From an uncultured virus (IMG/VR IMGVR_UViG_3300042540_001084) (Duplodnaviria > Heunggongvirae > Uroviricota > Caudoviricetes), in the IMG/VR virus record IMGVR_UViG_3300042540_001084: a DNA stretch of 20,000 nt; one strand, given 5' to 3'. The translations under genes and the position numbers were made by a program. Position 1 is the stretch's first letter. Each line of letters opens with the position of its first letter. Of the stretch, positions 1-10,602 are shown piece after piece. The notes under the pieces are model-generated. The model saw only the letters and a program-made list of their open reading frames with translations, had not been told where the DNA came from and did no database searches.

Positions 1-3000
1 GAGAAGGTTAATGAAATTTATCAATTTAAATCAACCGAGTCTGAAGTTAGTAGATTACCTGATTCTAAATATGAGGTGTTAAATGTGAAGTTAGTACCAA
101 GAAAATTCTTTGCTTACTCAACAAGTATACCTATGGGAGCGAGAATTAATACATTCAACACAAGAAAAAAATATTTTGATGATATCAATAAAATGAGTGT
201 CAGTTTTAACTACACCGGAAATACGGGTGTAAATCACTATGACAACAGCTTAACAATTGTAACATCAACTAATTTTGAAACTGGTACATTACTTACTTTT
301 GTAAATCCACAAAGCAGTAAAGACGTTAACTATCTATACACAGGAGAAACTTTTGATGGTGCTTACATTACTGGTATCTCAGGAGAAACTTTATTTCCAT
401 CTGCAGGACCGATACAGATTGATTACGCAACAGGTCAATTCACAAATAGTAGTGTTACCTACTATTTGAATACAGGTTCAACCGAAACGAATTACAAATA
501 TCCTATGGATATTGAGTATTATCAAGTTATCACTGCAATCACAATGAGTGAGGCGTTTAACTTGAGTGCATCTCAAGGTTGTTCTACTTGTCAAACATAT
601 ACTATAACAACAATAGAACCGTATACAAATGCACCTACTTCTACAACTATAAACTACATAGATTGTAATAACACACCTCAAACAGTATCGTTAGGTCCTA
701 CAGTTGATGATGGATTTGGAAGATACGACCCTATTAGTATGGATATTTGTGCGTGTCAACCACCAACTATAGACCAAGGTAGTATAACAGTTGTTGGTAA
801 CTGTCCACCACCAATAAGTTATGGGGGGTTTGTTGAAATGTTAGACTCATCAACAATTATAAAATACAACGCTAGAAATCTTTTAGCTTGGCCTGGTAAC
901 AGTGATGGTAGTGATTTATCAACTAAAACATTAAAGACACGAGATGTCTTTAGTGATTTTGATAATCAATATGTTCTGATATTACAAAGAGGTGTTGACC
1001 CATATTCACCGAAATATACTAACAAGTATGGGGTTGGTAAAATACTTGGGTTTCCGAATGAAAATGATATTATTATTACGGGTGAAACAAGAATAAATGT
1101 ACCAATTCAAGCGTTAAATAGTTCATCAACAATCTCAGTTCAAAATCATAGTAATCAAACTGAGATTTTCATACCATCTAAATTTTTTAGAGCGGGTAAT
1201 GACTTTTCAGGTTTTACATCAGAGAATGTTGGATACTATAGTAGTTTAGATAAATCTACTAATTTTGGAACTTATTTTTATGGTCCGAACGCATCGAGTA
1301 ATTTTTCGTTTGTAACCGGATTCTTTAACAGACCAACACTTAGCGGAGCCCAATCATTAACAACTAATAGTGTAAACAACAGTTATTCTTCGACACCAAA
1401 TTGGGCTAGATATGATAACTCAGAAGATTTATCGGGTGGTGATTACTACTATACAATATCATCTGAGAAACCTAATAACACGAGTTCATTATACCTGTCT
1501 TTTTCACTATTACCTAAATTTACTGGTACAAGTTTTAATAACAATATTCAATCTAAGTTTTATAATGTTATGAGAACTGATAGACTACCTAGTTCGGATT
1601 ATTTAGATGGGTCAAGTTGGGATTCTATTGTCCCTGTATTACAACAAAACAATGGTTTTGCGATATATGTTTTAAACACCGACAGTGAAGATTTTACAAC
1701 TGAAAACTTCTCAACGGGATTTGAAACTGTAGAACCTGACATCCAAGATTTACCAGCAAGTACAAACGTTTTAGAAAGTTTTGATTGTGCTAATATGGTT
1801 AGTCTAAGTTGTTATGAGAATCAAGGAACAACATTTAGTATAAACCCTAACTGCCCCGCAACTGATGTTGTTGAAAGAGGGTGTTATGTGATTATGCCTG
1901 ACGGACCAAAAATTAATGGAGCTGCCATTCGCAAAGATTTATTGGCGTTTAAAGAATGGGGTCTAAGATTTAGATTCTTTTACGCTTTATGTAGAGGAGT
2001 TTTAGCTCAAACTTTTACAAATAACTGGATAAACGGAACACTGTTTACGGTACCAATTCAAACAAGACCTATTTTTAATAGTGATAACACTTTGGATGAA
2101 ATATTATATTGTAAGGAGTTTGTTTACTATGATAAATCAAGTGCTAACTTCTATATGAGAAGTAGTCCATATAGTGCAACAATAAATAGATTTATTGGTA
2201 AGATACCAACACCTCTAAATGAGACTGGTTCTTTAAATACTAGAAATTTATTATTCCCAACAACAGTTATAAACTTAGGACCTAAAGATTTTATTTACGC
2301 AGAGCTTAGTTTAGAACCAAGTATGAGAGGATACGTGATAAATCAAATCACACCGTCAAGCTATGGGGACACTTCAGACTTAGTTAACCTCTTTGTTGTT
2401 AGTAGAATTTCAAATTCTGAATACTTAAGTAAATTATTAACATTGGGTAATCCTAATGGTGTTGTTAACCAATTATTCTCAAGAGAAGAAAGAAGAGTTG
2501 ATGGGGATTTGGCGCAACTTATGTCAATAAATTCTGAATTTGGTGTTGTTAAATTTTCACCCGACGCATATGAAAGTACTGGTAACACATCAACAAGTGA
2601 GATTCAAATTTTAGGTGCTCCGGGCTCTAAATCAGTTATGGCGGTGTTTTTCTCTTCAACAACGGAAGACCTTCAGTATAAAGACTTTATAACACCTGGT
2701 AGAATAAATTTTAGACCTAATCCTACTGCAAACGCGTATCAATATGTTTATGGTATTAAATCACAAACGGTTCCATTTTATCAGTGGAGGACAACTACAT
2801 TTGGCGGTTCTAATACTATATTTGGAGGTGAAAATAATAACTGGGCAACGGATGGTTCAAATATACAACAATACAAGTATCAGTCACTTAGTAGAACCAA
2901 CCCTGTCAGTCCAACATACTTCTTAGGTTCAAACGCTCTTACCAATGATTTATATGCTCGTGGTTATATCTATAATGTAGATAACAATGGATTATTATCA

Positions 3001-3123
3001 TTAAACGCTGGTAATTACCCAAGAACATTTTTAGTTGGTGCACCAAATCATTTTTATTTTGGATTAATAAATGGTGCCAGCGCTTTAGATAAATTTAAGG
3101 AAAAATATTTGGCAGATGAATAA
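1..3123 (+). CDS. Large putative virion structural protein, 5'-truncated (>1040 aa), with an internal 6-Cys module
   Basis: The frame is open from base 1 (EKVNEIYQFKSTESEVSRLPDSKYEVLNVK...), so the GTG at 76 is probably not the real start. It ends at TAA 3121-3123 and is N/S/T/Y/F-rich. A structural role is inferred only from context upstream of a baseplate-like gene. Confidence 0.75.
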   Translation, partial: EKVNEIYQFKSTESEVSRLPDSKYEVLNVKLVPRKFFAYSTSIPMGARINTFNTRKKYFDDINKMSVSFNYTGNTGVNHYDNSLTIVTSTNFETGTLLTFVNPQSSKDVNYLYTGETFDGAYITGISGETLFPSAGPIQIDYATGQFTNSSVTYYLNTGSTETNYKYPMDIEYYQVITAITMSEAFNLSASQGCSTCQTYTITTIEPYTNAPTSTTINYIDCNNTPQTVSLGPTVDDGFGRYDPISMDICACQPPTIDQGSITVVGNCPPPISYGGFVEMLDSSTIIKYNARNLLAWPGNSDGSDLSTKTLKTRDVFSDFDNQYVLILQRGVDPYSPKYTNKYGVGKILGFPNENDIIITGETRINVPIQALNSSSTISVQNHSNQTEIFIPSKFFRAGNDFSGFTSENVGYYSSLDKSTNFGTYFYGPNASSNFSFVTGFFNRPTLSGAQSLTTNSVNNSYSSTPNWARYDNSEDLSGGDYYYTISSEKPNNTSSLYLSFSLLPKFTGTSFNNNIQSKFYNVMRTDRLPSSDYLDGSSWDSIVPVLQQNNGFAIYVLNTDSEDFTTENFSTGFETVEPDIQDLPASTNVLESFDCANMVSLSCYENQGTTFSINPNCPATDVVERGCYVIMPDGPKINGAAIRKDLLAFKEWGLRFRFFYALCRGVLAQTFTNNWINGTLFTVPIQTRPIFNSDNTLDEILYCKEFVYYDKSSANFYMRSSPYSATINRFIGKIPTPLNETGSLNTRNLLFPTTVINLGPKDFIYAELSLEPSMRGYVINQITPSSYGDTSDLVNLFVVSRISNSEYLSKLLTLGNPNGVVNQLFSREERRVDGDLAQLMSINSEFGVVKFSPDAYESTGNTSTSEIQILGAPGSKSVMAVFFSSTTEDLQYKDFITPGRINFRPNPTANAYQYVYGIKSQTVPFYQWRTTTFGGSNTIFGGENNNWATDGSNIQQYKYQSLSRTNPVSPTYFLGSNALTNDLYARGYIYNVDNNGLLSLNAGNYPRTFLVGAPNHFYFGLINGASALDKFKEKYLADE

Positions 3124-4810
3124 TTTTACTATAGTTCCATCACGTTTAAGTTTTAAGTCTGCACCAATATTAGACTCTCAAGTTACTATTGATTTAAATC
3201 AAACGCAGAAAGAGTTAATACAATTCGTTAGAAACACATCAATTAGTCTTGCACAATTATATGAAGACGAAAGAGAAATTTCTGAAACTTATCGACCAAC
3301 ATTTAAAGTTGATTACATATACGACAACACCTACACTGGAACCACAGATTATTTACCATTCCAATATAATCTTTTTTATGTTGACGCGGTACAGTCAAAA
3401 CTTTCTGGGATATGGAAAGGGTTTCCACAATATTATGAGTTTGATTTTTTTAGACCATATGTTAATGATAATCATTTTGTTTATGTTGCACAGAGCGCGT
3501 ACACATACAATTGGACTTATTACATTACTCACGCAGCTGAAAATGATTATACAAAAAATATGGAGGCGACTTATAGTGGTAACACTCTAAATTTCCAAGC
3601 CCAAGATGGTATACCATTTGTGGTATTTAATTCTAAACAAGGTGGTGCAAATATAATCTCATTCCAATGTTTTATGCCTCACGGATTAACGGTTGCTGAT
3701 TATGTTGAACTATCATTAACCTATAATGGAAATCAAAAAGTTTTTAACGTATTTTCTTTAGGTGATTCGAAGTCAAATAGTAGTGAATACATTTTTAACT
3801 TAATTGACGTTGGATACACTGGTACAACTTTTAGTAATGGTACCTTAGGGACATTTAAAAGAATTGCCAATCCTGACAACTTAGAAACTAAGTCAAAGTA
3901 TTATGTAAGAAGAAACAAAGTATTGGCTAATGAATCAGACATATATGTTACTAAAACAGGTTTTGAATTAAACCCATTTAAAAATGTTAGACAATACGAA
4001 TTTTCATCAATTACGCCTAATAATTTAGATAGGGTATCTAAAAAGACATCATCGTTAAATTATAACTTTACGATGAAAAAAGACTTGGATTTGAATGGTG
4101 TTGTTGATAACCAAAAGAGACCATTACCTGAAATATTTTTATCGATAGTTAATAAGGGTTATAGCGGTTATTTTAATAAACCATTTAATAATAGTGGTTT
4201 AAAACAAGGATGGTTTTTTAATATAACTAAAGATATTAATTCTTGGTGGGACGATAACAACTCATATTCAGATACTAACATAACCGTTTCAAGCCACACA
4301 AAAACAAATGGTTCAACAGAGACTTTTTATTATAATAATGTTTTAAATATTGGTGATTTAATTGATGGTGATTTTTGTGAGTGGAATGATTATGAACAAA
4401 TTGAGAGAGTGATATCACCATACATTCAAAAGATAAAATTCAATCAAGATGTGTTTAAAACTGTTGATTCACCAACAGGAAATACGGGTGGATATTATTA
4501 CAAAGTTCACTATCCAACAACTCTCAAAGTGTATTCAAGTTATGTTGAAACAGGTGTTCCTGATATAACTGAAGACGTACCTAATTATGCATTCTATTCA
4601 TCATCTGATAATCTTTTCAGATGGAGAGAACCGTATAGTGTTGGTGAGTTTGATGATAATAACAGAGGGGTTATTTACCCATTCTTAAACAATGCTCAAT
4701 ACCCTTTTGAGAGTGTTATATTCAAGTTAATTCCAGAAGGAAGTAATTATCAAGATATAATACAAGGGGTGTCTATTGGAGCACAACCAATTATTGACGA
4801 CTGTGAATAA
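3116..4810 (+). CDS. Hypothetical protein (564 aa), putative tail/baseplate-associated
   Basis: Long ORF whose ATG overlaps the upstream stop (ATGAATAA). Aromatic/Asn-rich; no family recognised. Confidence 0.75.
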   Translation: MNNFTIVPSRLSFKSAPILDSQVTIDLNQTQKELIQFVRNTSISLAQLYEDEREISETYRPTFKVDYIYDNTYTGTTDYLPFQYNLFYVDAVQSKLSGIWKGFPQYYEFDFFRPYVNDNHFVYVAQSAYTYNWTYYITHAAENDYTKNMEATYSGNTLNFQAQDGIPFVVFNSKQGGANIISFQCFMPHGLTVADYVELSLTYNGNQKVFNVFSLGDSKSNSSEYIFNLIDVGYTGTTFSNGTLGTFKRIANPDNLETKSKYYVRRNKVLANESDIYVTKTGFELNPFKNVRQYEFSSITPNNLDRVSKKTSSLNYNFTMKKDLDLNGVVDNQKRPLPEIFLSIVNKGYSGYFNKPFNNSGLKQGWFFNITKDINSWWDDNNSYSDTNITVSSHTKTNGSTETFYYNNVLNIGDLIDGDFCEWNDYEQIERVISPYIQKIKFNQDVFKTVDSPTGNTGGYYYKVHYPTTLKVYSSYVETGVPDITEDVPNYAFYSSSDNLFRWREPYSVGEFDDNNRGVIYPFLNNAQYPFESVIFKLIPEGSNYQDIIQGVSIGAQPIIDDCE

Positions 4811-5621
4811 AATAACATTAACCGTACCACGTAATAGTGACAGGATTTTAAATATACCTGTTCAATTGGATTGGGAACTTCTCGACACCGAAAATGAAAT
4901 CAATGCAATTCAAACTGAAATTGATAGGGATGTTGCTGGTAGACCTATAGACTTTGAAACTGATAGGTTTTCACATTCAGGTGTTACCGATGTTAACAAT
5001 ACTAATTTAGGTGTTTATGACACCAGTTTAAATTATGATTTTTATTTCTTTTCGGGTGGCTCAATAAGTGGGACAGGTTCTACACAAAACTGGATTGTTG
5101 ATTACAGAGCCGATGACTTCTCAACGGATGAGGTATATTACTTTTCAAATGGTTTTAAAAATTCATTTTGGAAACTTGATTATTATAACTCACCAAGTGA
5201 TAAAGGTCAAACAATTTATTTAACTGTTATTTTACCAGTAACCCAAGGTTTGAAAATGCCTGCTGTAATGCAAGGTCAGGATGTTTCAATTATGAAACCA
5301 AGTTATGTTTTGGATTGGGTTGGAGATAAAGACGGTTATTTTATTTATTGGTTGAAATCACGAACATATTTGGATATAGATAAGTTTTATGTTTCTTGTA
5401 AGTTTTGGAACGCAAAAGACGGTTCATTTACAAGATTTGTTAATAGACCACAATCAGAACAAGTAACCAATAGTTTTGGCCCTAACTCATTATTTAATTT
5501 TTATTATTTAGTGGCTTTGGATTACCCGACTCAAACATACACAATGTATGATACAATAACTTTTGAAAGAGTTGGTACGGTGGCATCACCGATAAAATGG
5601 TATGAATATGTTGCACCCTAA
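4803..5621 (+). CDS. Hypothetical protein (~272 aa), putative structural
   Basis: The ORF track starts it at 4776. The in-frame GTG at 4803 (GTGAATAA) overlaps the upstream stop exactly as at the previous junction, so it is the preferred start (MNKITLTVPR...). Confidence 0.7.
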   Translation: MNKITLTVPRNSDRILNIPVQLDWELLDTENEINAIQTEIDRDVAGRPIDFETDRFSHSGVTDVNNTNLGVYDTSLNYDFYFFSGGSISGTGSTQNWIVDYRADDFSTDEVYYFSNGFKNSFWKLDYYNSPSDKGQTIYLTVILPVTQGLKMPAVMQGQDVSIMKPSYVLDWVGDKDGYFIYWLKSRTYLDIDKFYVSCKFWNAKDGSFTRFVNRPQSEQVTNSFGPNSLFNFYYLVALDYPTQTYTMYDTITFERVGTVASPIKWYEYVAP

Positions 5622-6688
5622 TGGATTATAGATTTGTTGTATCACCTGAGTTTATAAAGTCTGACCTTTCACAAGTTACCGTAAATGGTGAAACTTATGG
5701 GGTTTATTCTGGTATGTCCCAAGTATTAAGTGGTGGTCCAAATGGAACGTCAATAATGACAGGACTTACCGTCCCAATTATGTTAACTGACACTACCATT
5801 GAAATGGGATATTATAGTCCTTTTGATGGAGCAGCTTTTCAATCAGATGTAACGACAAACTTTGTATTCTCATCAACCACTGCAAATCCATATTTGTTTA
5901 CTGTTTATAACACCTCATCAGACTTAAAAAAATTCTTGGAATTTTCTCAATACACTATTGATTGGGGAGACAATAGCCCGATTGAAAATTTTAATGGAGG
6001 GACACTTCAACATACATATCCTTTGTTCTCTTCTGGTTATACCATAACAATGAAACAGACTAATCCATTTGGAATTAATACTGTTAAAAAAGATGTTAAG
6101 GTTCCTTTCTCAAATACGGTTATTTACAACCCACTTGGTAAAGCATTTTTCCAACCATTAGGTGGTAGTTGGTCCGCAACACCTGTTAGTTATGATTACA
6201 TTTTTAGCGGTGACGCAATTAACACAATTGAGGCTCAAGAAACAAAATCATACGAACAAGTTCCTTTTGTTGTTTCTGGTAACACAACATCACAATTAAA
6301 AATGTTGGAACAATACGGAAACGTTCAATATATTATTGGGGTTCCTGTAATTCAAAAAGGTGCGATTATTGGGGCAATAACTCAAATGAATCCTGTTTAT
6401 ACCGCATACACTGTAAATGGTGTTGATTACTATGATTATGTTGACGGACAAACAATATACTTTGAAAATAGTAGTGGTTTTACAGAGGATAATATCACTG
6501 CGGTACCGATTATAAAAAACCCATTACTGATGAAATCTGTTGACCAACCACAAATAACAACAGATGTATATGTTGAAAGGGGTAAGATTGCTGCATATGA
6601 ACCTGTTAGAAGAATTGGTGAGGTAGACAATTTAAGTGATATGATTAACTATGGATATGGATATTTTGTCATAGAAAAAAAGGCATAA
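5621..6688 (+). CDS. Putative structural protein with PKD-like Ig-fold motif (355 aa)
   Basis: TAATG coupling with the upstream gene. YTIDWGDNS...LQHTY...GYTITMKQTNPFG (~5951-6073) matches the PKD-domain pattern (W-x-[FW]-G-D ... H-T-Y ... Y-T-[VI]-T-L). Confidence 0.7.
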   Translation: MDYRFVVSPEFIKSDLSQVTVNGETYGVYSGMSQVLSGGPNGTSIMTGLTVPIMLTDTTIEMGYYSPFDGAAFQSDVTTNFVFSSTTANPYLFTVYNTSSDLKKFLEFSQYTIDWGDNSPIENFNGGTLQHTYPLFSSGYTITMKQTNPFGINTVKKDVKVPFSNTVIYNPLGKAFFQPLGGSWSATPVSYDYIFSGDAINTIEAQETKSYEQVPFVVSGNTTSQLKMLEQYGNVQYIIGVPVIQKGAIIGAITQMNPVYTAYTVNGVDYYDYVDGQTIYFENSSGFTEDNITAVPIIKNPLLMKSVDQPQITTDVYVERGKIAAYEPVRRIGEVDNLSDMINYGYGYFVIEKKA

Positions 6689-6690
6689 AC

Positions 6691-6701
6691 TATTTATTAA
6701 A
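6691..6701 (+). promoter_or_regulatory. TATTTAT(TAAA) intergenic motif, putative late promoter element
   Basis: TATTTAT at 6691-6697, 18 nt before ATG 6716. The same core lies in both other intergenic gaps. Confidence 0.5.
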
Positions 6702-6715
6702 ATAAGAACTAAAAA

Positions 6716-7624
6716 ATGGCAATTGGAACATACGGAACGATTAGACCGGCAGATGTCTCACCCGAAGATGTTGAGATAATCTTAAATTACACGCCATCGA
6801 GAGATGAGACTGAGGATTTTGTTCTCAAGACCCTTGACGCACCTTCAATATTGAGACCATACTTCAATAATGAACAAACAGGTGGAAATGCTAATGTTGA
6901 GATTTTGGGAGGTTTATACAACCTAACATTACCTGCAGATGAATTTACTGACATAGGAATCTACACTTTGATGATTAGACCTGCACAAATTAGAACCACA
7001 ATTACTGATTGTGGTGTTCTTAGTGCATTACCTAACGTAAAAGGTATTATTGTAGACCTAAATAACGTGCCTTCACAATATAGAAATAAATTTGTACCAC
7101 AAGGTCTTATAGGTTTTAGAATTGAGTATTTGAATGCTGATGGTTCTAAAATACCAAACTTTTTTAGAATTGTTACATCTTGTTTTTATTGTGAACCTGT
7201 GGTTACAAATCAAATAAACACAACTCAAAAGGCGGTTAGATATAGATATGTTGATGGGGTAACAAATTTATTATTCCTAACAGTAACACCATCTTCATCA
7301 CCAACAAATAAACCTAACGCAACACCATTTATTGGACAGCCAGGACAAGGTATCATTATCACAAATACCTACTTCAATCCTGTGACAGTTGAAATTGATA
7401 TTGTTGAATACGATATCTCATCACTTGCAATTGCCCTTTACGGTAACCAAACCAAATCTATTGATGACGGTGTATACACAATGTATGATAGTCAAAACAA
7501 CATTTACAAACAATACAACTTGTTTGAAATTCGTGACCAATTTAATGCGTTGTTATATGAAGTTCGTCAAGATAGAGGTAATAACATTGATTTCACTAAA
7601 AACTTCACGACGATTACAGGATAA
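6716..7624 (+). CDS. Hypothetical protein (302 aa), putative baseplate-associated
   Basis: Clean ORF with an A-rich leader, coupled by TAATG to the baseplate wedge-like gene. Contains a CFYC (CxxC) motif; no family recognised. Confidence 0.75.
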   Translation: MAIGTYGTIRPADVSPEDVEIILNYTPSRDETEDFVLKTLDAPSILRPYFNNEQTGGNANVEILGGLYNLTLPADEFTDIGIYTLMIRPAQIRTTITDCGVLSALPNVKGIIVDLNNVPSQYRNKFVPQGLIGFRIEYLNADGSKIPNFFRIVTSCFYCEPVVTNQINTTQKAVRYRYVDGVTNLLFLTVTPSSSPTNKPNATPFIGQPGQGIIITNTYFNPVTVEIDIVEYDISSLAIALYGNQTKSIDDGVYTMYDSQNNIYKQYNLFEIRDQFNALLYEVRQDRGNNIDFTKNFTTITG

Positions 7625-10602
7625 TGGCAATTAACAGCAACAAGTTTTTTTACCCACCAAGACCAGGAAATGGAACAGGTGCTTTTGACAACATCGTTGG
7701 ATTCCAAGTTGTTGATGGGGGAGGTCTTACCTCGGCTGTTTTTGACTTTACAACAAGTGTAACCGAAAAAGTTAACAGAACCTTTTCAATCGGAACTTTT
7801 TCCGAACCAATAAATTTGGAAGGGTTAGACATCAACGATTTAAATGAGAGTAGAAGAATACAGGCAACACAATTCAGAGTGTATCCTAATTACGATGTCT
7901 CCCAAGTATTAAACTTTTCGTTGTATGGTTCTTTGGCAAAAAGATTTTCAGTATCAATCCAAAAGATAATTAATTTTTTTCCTGCTTCATTGGATGTGTA
8001 TTATCTAATGACAGATTTTACAACTGGCGCTACGGCGACAAATATTGTTTATGATTCTGTTGAAGACGAAACAATATTTAAAATCCCTGTTGAAAGAATT
8101 AATAATCCGTTTATAATAGATTTTTCGGTAAGTGCGACAACAAATTTAGCCGCTCGTGAAATTATTGCGTCGGAATATCGAGATATGACAAAGTCATATT
8201 TGAATTACGCTTTAACGTTCTCTGGAATTGATTATCAAGTAATCGGATTTACACCAGCACAAAGTTTAAGTTCAGGTCAGATTCAACTGATTGTTTCAGG
8301 TCAACCATTTGGAACCGCAACAACAATATATGACGACTACCTTGTCAAGTTAAACGACTATATTACGGACAAAGTATTTTTAGAGAATTTTGATGAGATT
8401 GAGAAATTCTTACTTAATAGACAAATCCAACCACCATACACTGCAAATTTCCAAGTCCCAAGACAGAACGATGCGGGTCAGTTTTATACTGCTTACGACA
8501 CGGTTACTTGGCCAAAAGATGGTCCTTGGAACTTAGACATTAGGTCGGCATCTTTTGATACTTATCTTGCCAAGTTGGCTGATATGGCTGAGTATTTGGA
8601 TTCATTCAAAACAAACTTAATATCAAGATTTTTAGTTACGGATTCAATTAAAGAATTTGATACTATGGACCATAAAGTTGAAAAAGTTTTACAACTATAT
8701 GGTAGAAGTTTTGACCAAATAAAACAATTCATTGATGCACTGGCATTTATGAATAACGTTAATTATGTTCCTCAAAACGATATTCCATCACAGTTATTGG
8801 TTAACTTATCAAAAACTTTAGGATGGTCTAACAATTTCTCACCAATTACAAATGAAAACTTTTTAGATTCTGTATTTGGTAATACAGGTATAAGTGAATA
8901 CCCTGGTTATGCGGCGTCATTAACACCTACAGAGTTAAACTATCAGTTCTATAGAAACCTTATTTTAAATTCTGCCTACCTATTCAAATCTAAAGGAACA
9001 AGAAGGTCCGTAGAATTCTTATTAAGATTAATTGGGGCGCCTGATGCTTTGATTGATTATAATGAGCACGTTTACTTGGCTGACCAAAGAATTGATATGG
9101 CGAAATTTAATACGCAATTCGCTCAGTTATCAGGTGGAACATACGTAAATACGGTACCAAGTTTAGATAGTGCAAACACTTATAAATTGAAAGGTGTTTT
9201 GTATAGTGCCTACACAACAAATACACAATATGATGATGTGACAATATTGAGGGATGATTATCCTGTAGATATTTTTGGTTGGCCTAAAGCACCAACACCA
9301 GGATTGGGAACAAACTCAACATTCTTCCAAGAAGGCGCTGGTTGGTATGAACAAACTCCACAACACAGAAGTCCTAACGAATTACAATTAAATGGTTTAA
9401 CATTTACGGGGGACAACACCAATATCCAAACACAATTACAACCTTTCACTTATGGTGGAATTTACCTTCAAAGATTTGAACAATTCCCATATATGAAAGA
9501 GGGATTCAAAATTGTTAAAGTTGTTGATAATAAAAAATCTTGGTTAGATGATGACAATAAGTTAAGAGTTTCAGTTGAAGGTGGTTTTAATTCATATTAC
9601 TATACCGATAACGATAAGCTAGTTCTTAACGTTAAAAACGTTGACATATTCTTAAACGTTGGACAAGGTTTTACTTACGATGTTTGGGACCAGTCAAACA
9701 AATACGACTATCCAATTCCATCATCAGGATTTACTGCCGATTTCATATTCCCATATGGTGTTGATGATACGTTTATTGACCCCCAACCTCAGAGCAAAAC
9801 ATTCTTTGAATTTGCTCAGACTTTTTGGCAGAATATGATTAACACTCGTAATAGGATGTATTCAAGTGACGGTAAGACTGGCGGATATCTAACACTGCAA
9901 TCTATATTTTGGAAATACCTTCAATCAGAACAGACAGTTGGATTACCTAACAACAAATACACGTATCAAAAACTTATTGAATATGTAAACTCGTTAGGTC
10001 CATATTGGATGAAGTTGATTGAAAATATGATACCCGCCACAACAATTTGGAATTCAGGAACAAGATTAGAAAACTCTATTTTCCACAGACAGAAATATGT
10101 TTATAGAAGACAAAGGGGTTGTCAAATCATTCCTGTTCCTGCTGAACCTTGTTTCATCACAACAAACATTTTCGATTACGATTGTAATACGGAGTATGTG
10201 GACTTCTTTATTTACCCTTGGTTGAATGGAGATACTAATGTTTCAAGTTTCACGTCCATATTGAACAACAGAGTTGATAATTTCTTGACAGAGTCAGGTT
10301 TAACACTGACACAGTGTATTCAGAACTCAATTAATTCTCAGTGGTATTTGGAGTTAAAAATTGGGGGACAGGTAATTATTAATCAATACTTCTATCAGGG
10401 TTATGGAATCAACGATGCACCAACAAACTTTATGTGGAGAACAACCTTGATAGATAATTTATACAAATTATTCCAATATGGTTTTACTTATACCCTAAAC
10501 GGTAATAAGTTGACAATAACAAATCTGAGTTGTGCGACTCAGAATTTACAAGACTCGGTAGAATTAAATGTCTGCATAAACTTAAGTATCAATTGTAACT
10601 AA
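7624..10602 (+). CDS. Baseplate wedge-like protein (P2 gpI / T4 gp7-like core), 992 aa
   Basis: DIPSQLLVNLSKTLGW...FYRNLILNSAYLFKSKGTRRSVEFLLRLIG (~8779-9036) resembles the P2 gpI-family pattern (P-x-x-L-L-x-x-L-A...W...R-x-x-I...KGT-x-x-A/S...L-x-x-LG). The later LIENMIPAT (~10015-10041) resembles the family's C-terminal PA motif. Recognised by eye. Confidence 0.65.
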   Translation: MAINSNKFFYPPRPGNGTGAFDNIVGFQVVDGGGLTSAVFDFTTSVTEKVNRTFSIGTFSEPINLEGLDINDLNESRRIQATQFRVYPNYDVSQVLNFSLYGSLAKRFSVSIQKIINFFPASLDVYYLMTDFTTGATATNIVYDSVEDETIFKIPVERINNPFIIDFSVSATTNLAAREIIASEYRDMTKSYLNYALTFSGIDYQVIGFTPAQSLSSGQIQLIVSGQPFGTATTIYDDYLVKLNDYITDKVFLENFDEIEKFLLNRQIQPPYTANFQVPRQNDAGQFYTAYDTVTWPKDGPWNLDIRSASFDTYLAKLADMAEYLDSFKTNLISRFLVTDSIKEFDTMDHKVEKVLQLYGRSFDQIKQFIDALAFMNNVNYVPQNDIPSQLLVNLSKTLGWSNNFSPITNENFLDSVFGNTGISEYPGYAASLTPTELNYQFYRNLILNSAYLFKSKGTRRSVEFLLRLIGAPDALIDYNEHVYLADQRIDMAKFNTQFAQLSGGTYVNTVPSLDSANTYKLKGVLYSAYTTNTQYDDVTILRDDYPVDIFGWPKAPTPGLGTNSTFFQEGAGWYEQTPQHRSPNELQLNGLTFTGDNTNIQTQLQPFTYGGIYLQRFEQFPYMKEGFKIVKVVDNKKSWLDDDNKLRVSVEGGFNSYYYTDNDKLVLNVKNVDIFLNVGQGFTYDVWDQSNKYDYPIPSSGFTADFIFPYGVDDTFIDPQPQSKTFFEFAQTFWQNMINTRNRMYSSDGKTGGYLTLQSIFWKYLQSEQTVGLPNNKYTYQKLIEYVNSLGPYWMKLIENMIPATTIWNSGTRLENSIFHRQKYVYRRQRGCQIIPVPAEPCFITTNIFDYDCNTEYVDFFIYPWLNGDTNVSSFTSILNNRVDNFLTESGLTLTQCIQNSINSQWYLELKIGGQVIINQYFYQGYGINDAPTNFMWRTTLIDNLYKLFQYGFTYTLNGNKLTITNLSCATQNLQDSVELNVCINLSINCN

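Noticed and set aside
7624..10602. Cellular contractile injection system (eCIS/T6SS) rather than phage
   Set aside because: Not strictly excluded, since no capsid, terminase or sheath gene is in the window. The very large divergent proteins, tight packing and late-promoter-like motif fit a large phage better, and no Afp/Tss-type genes were recognised.
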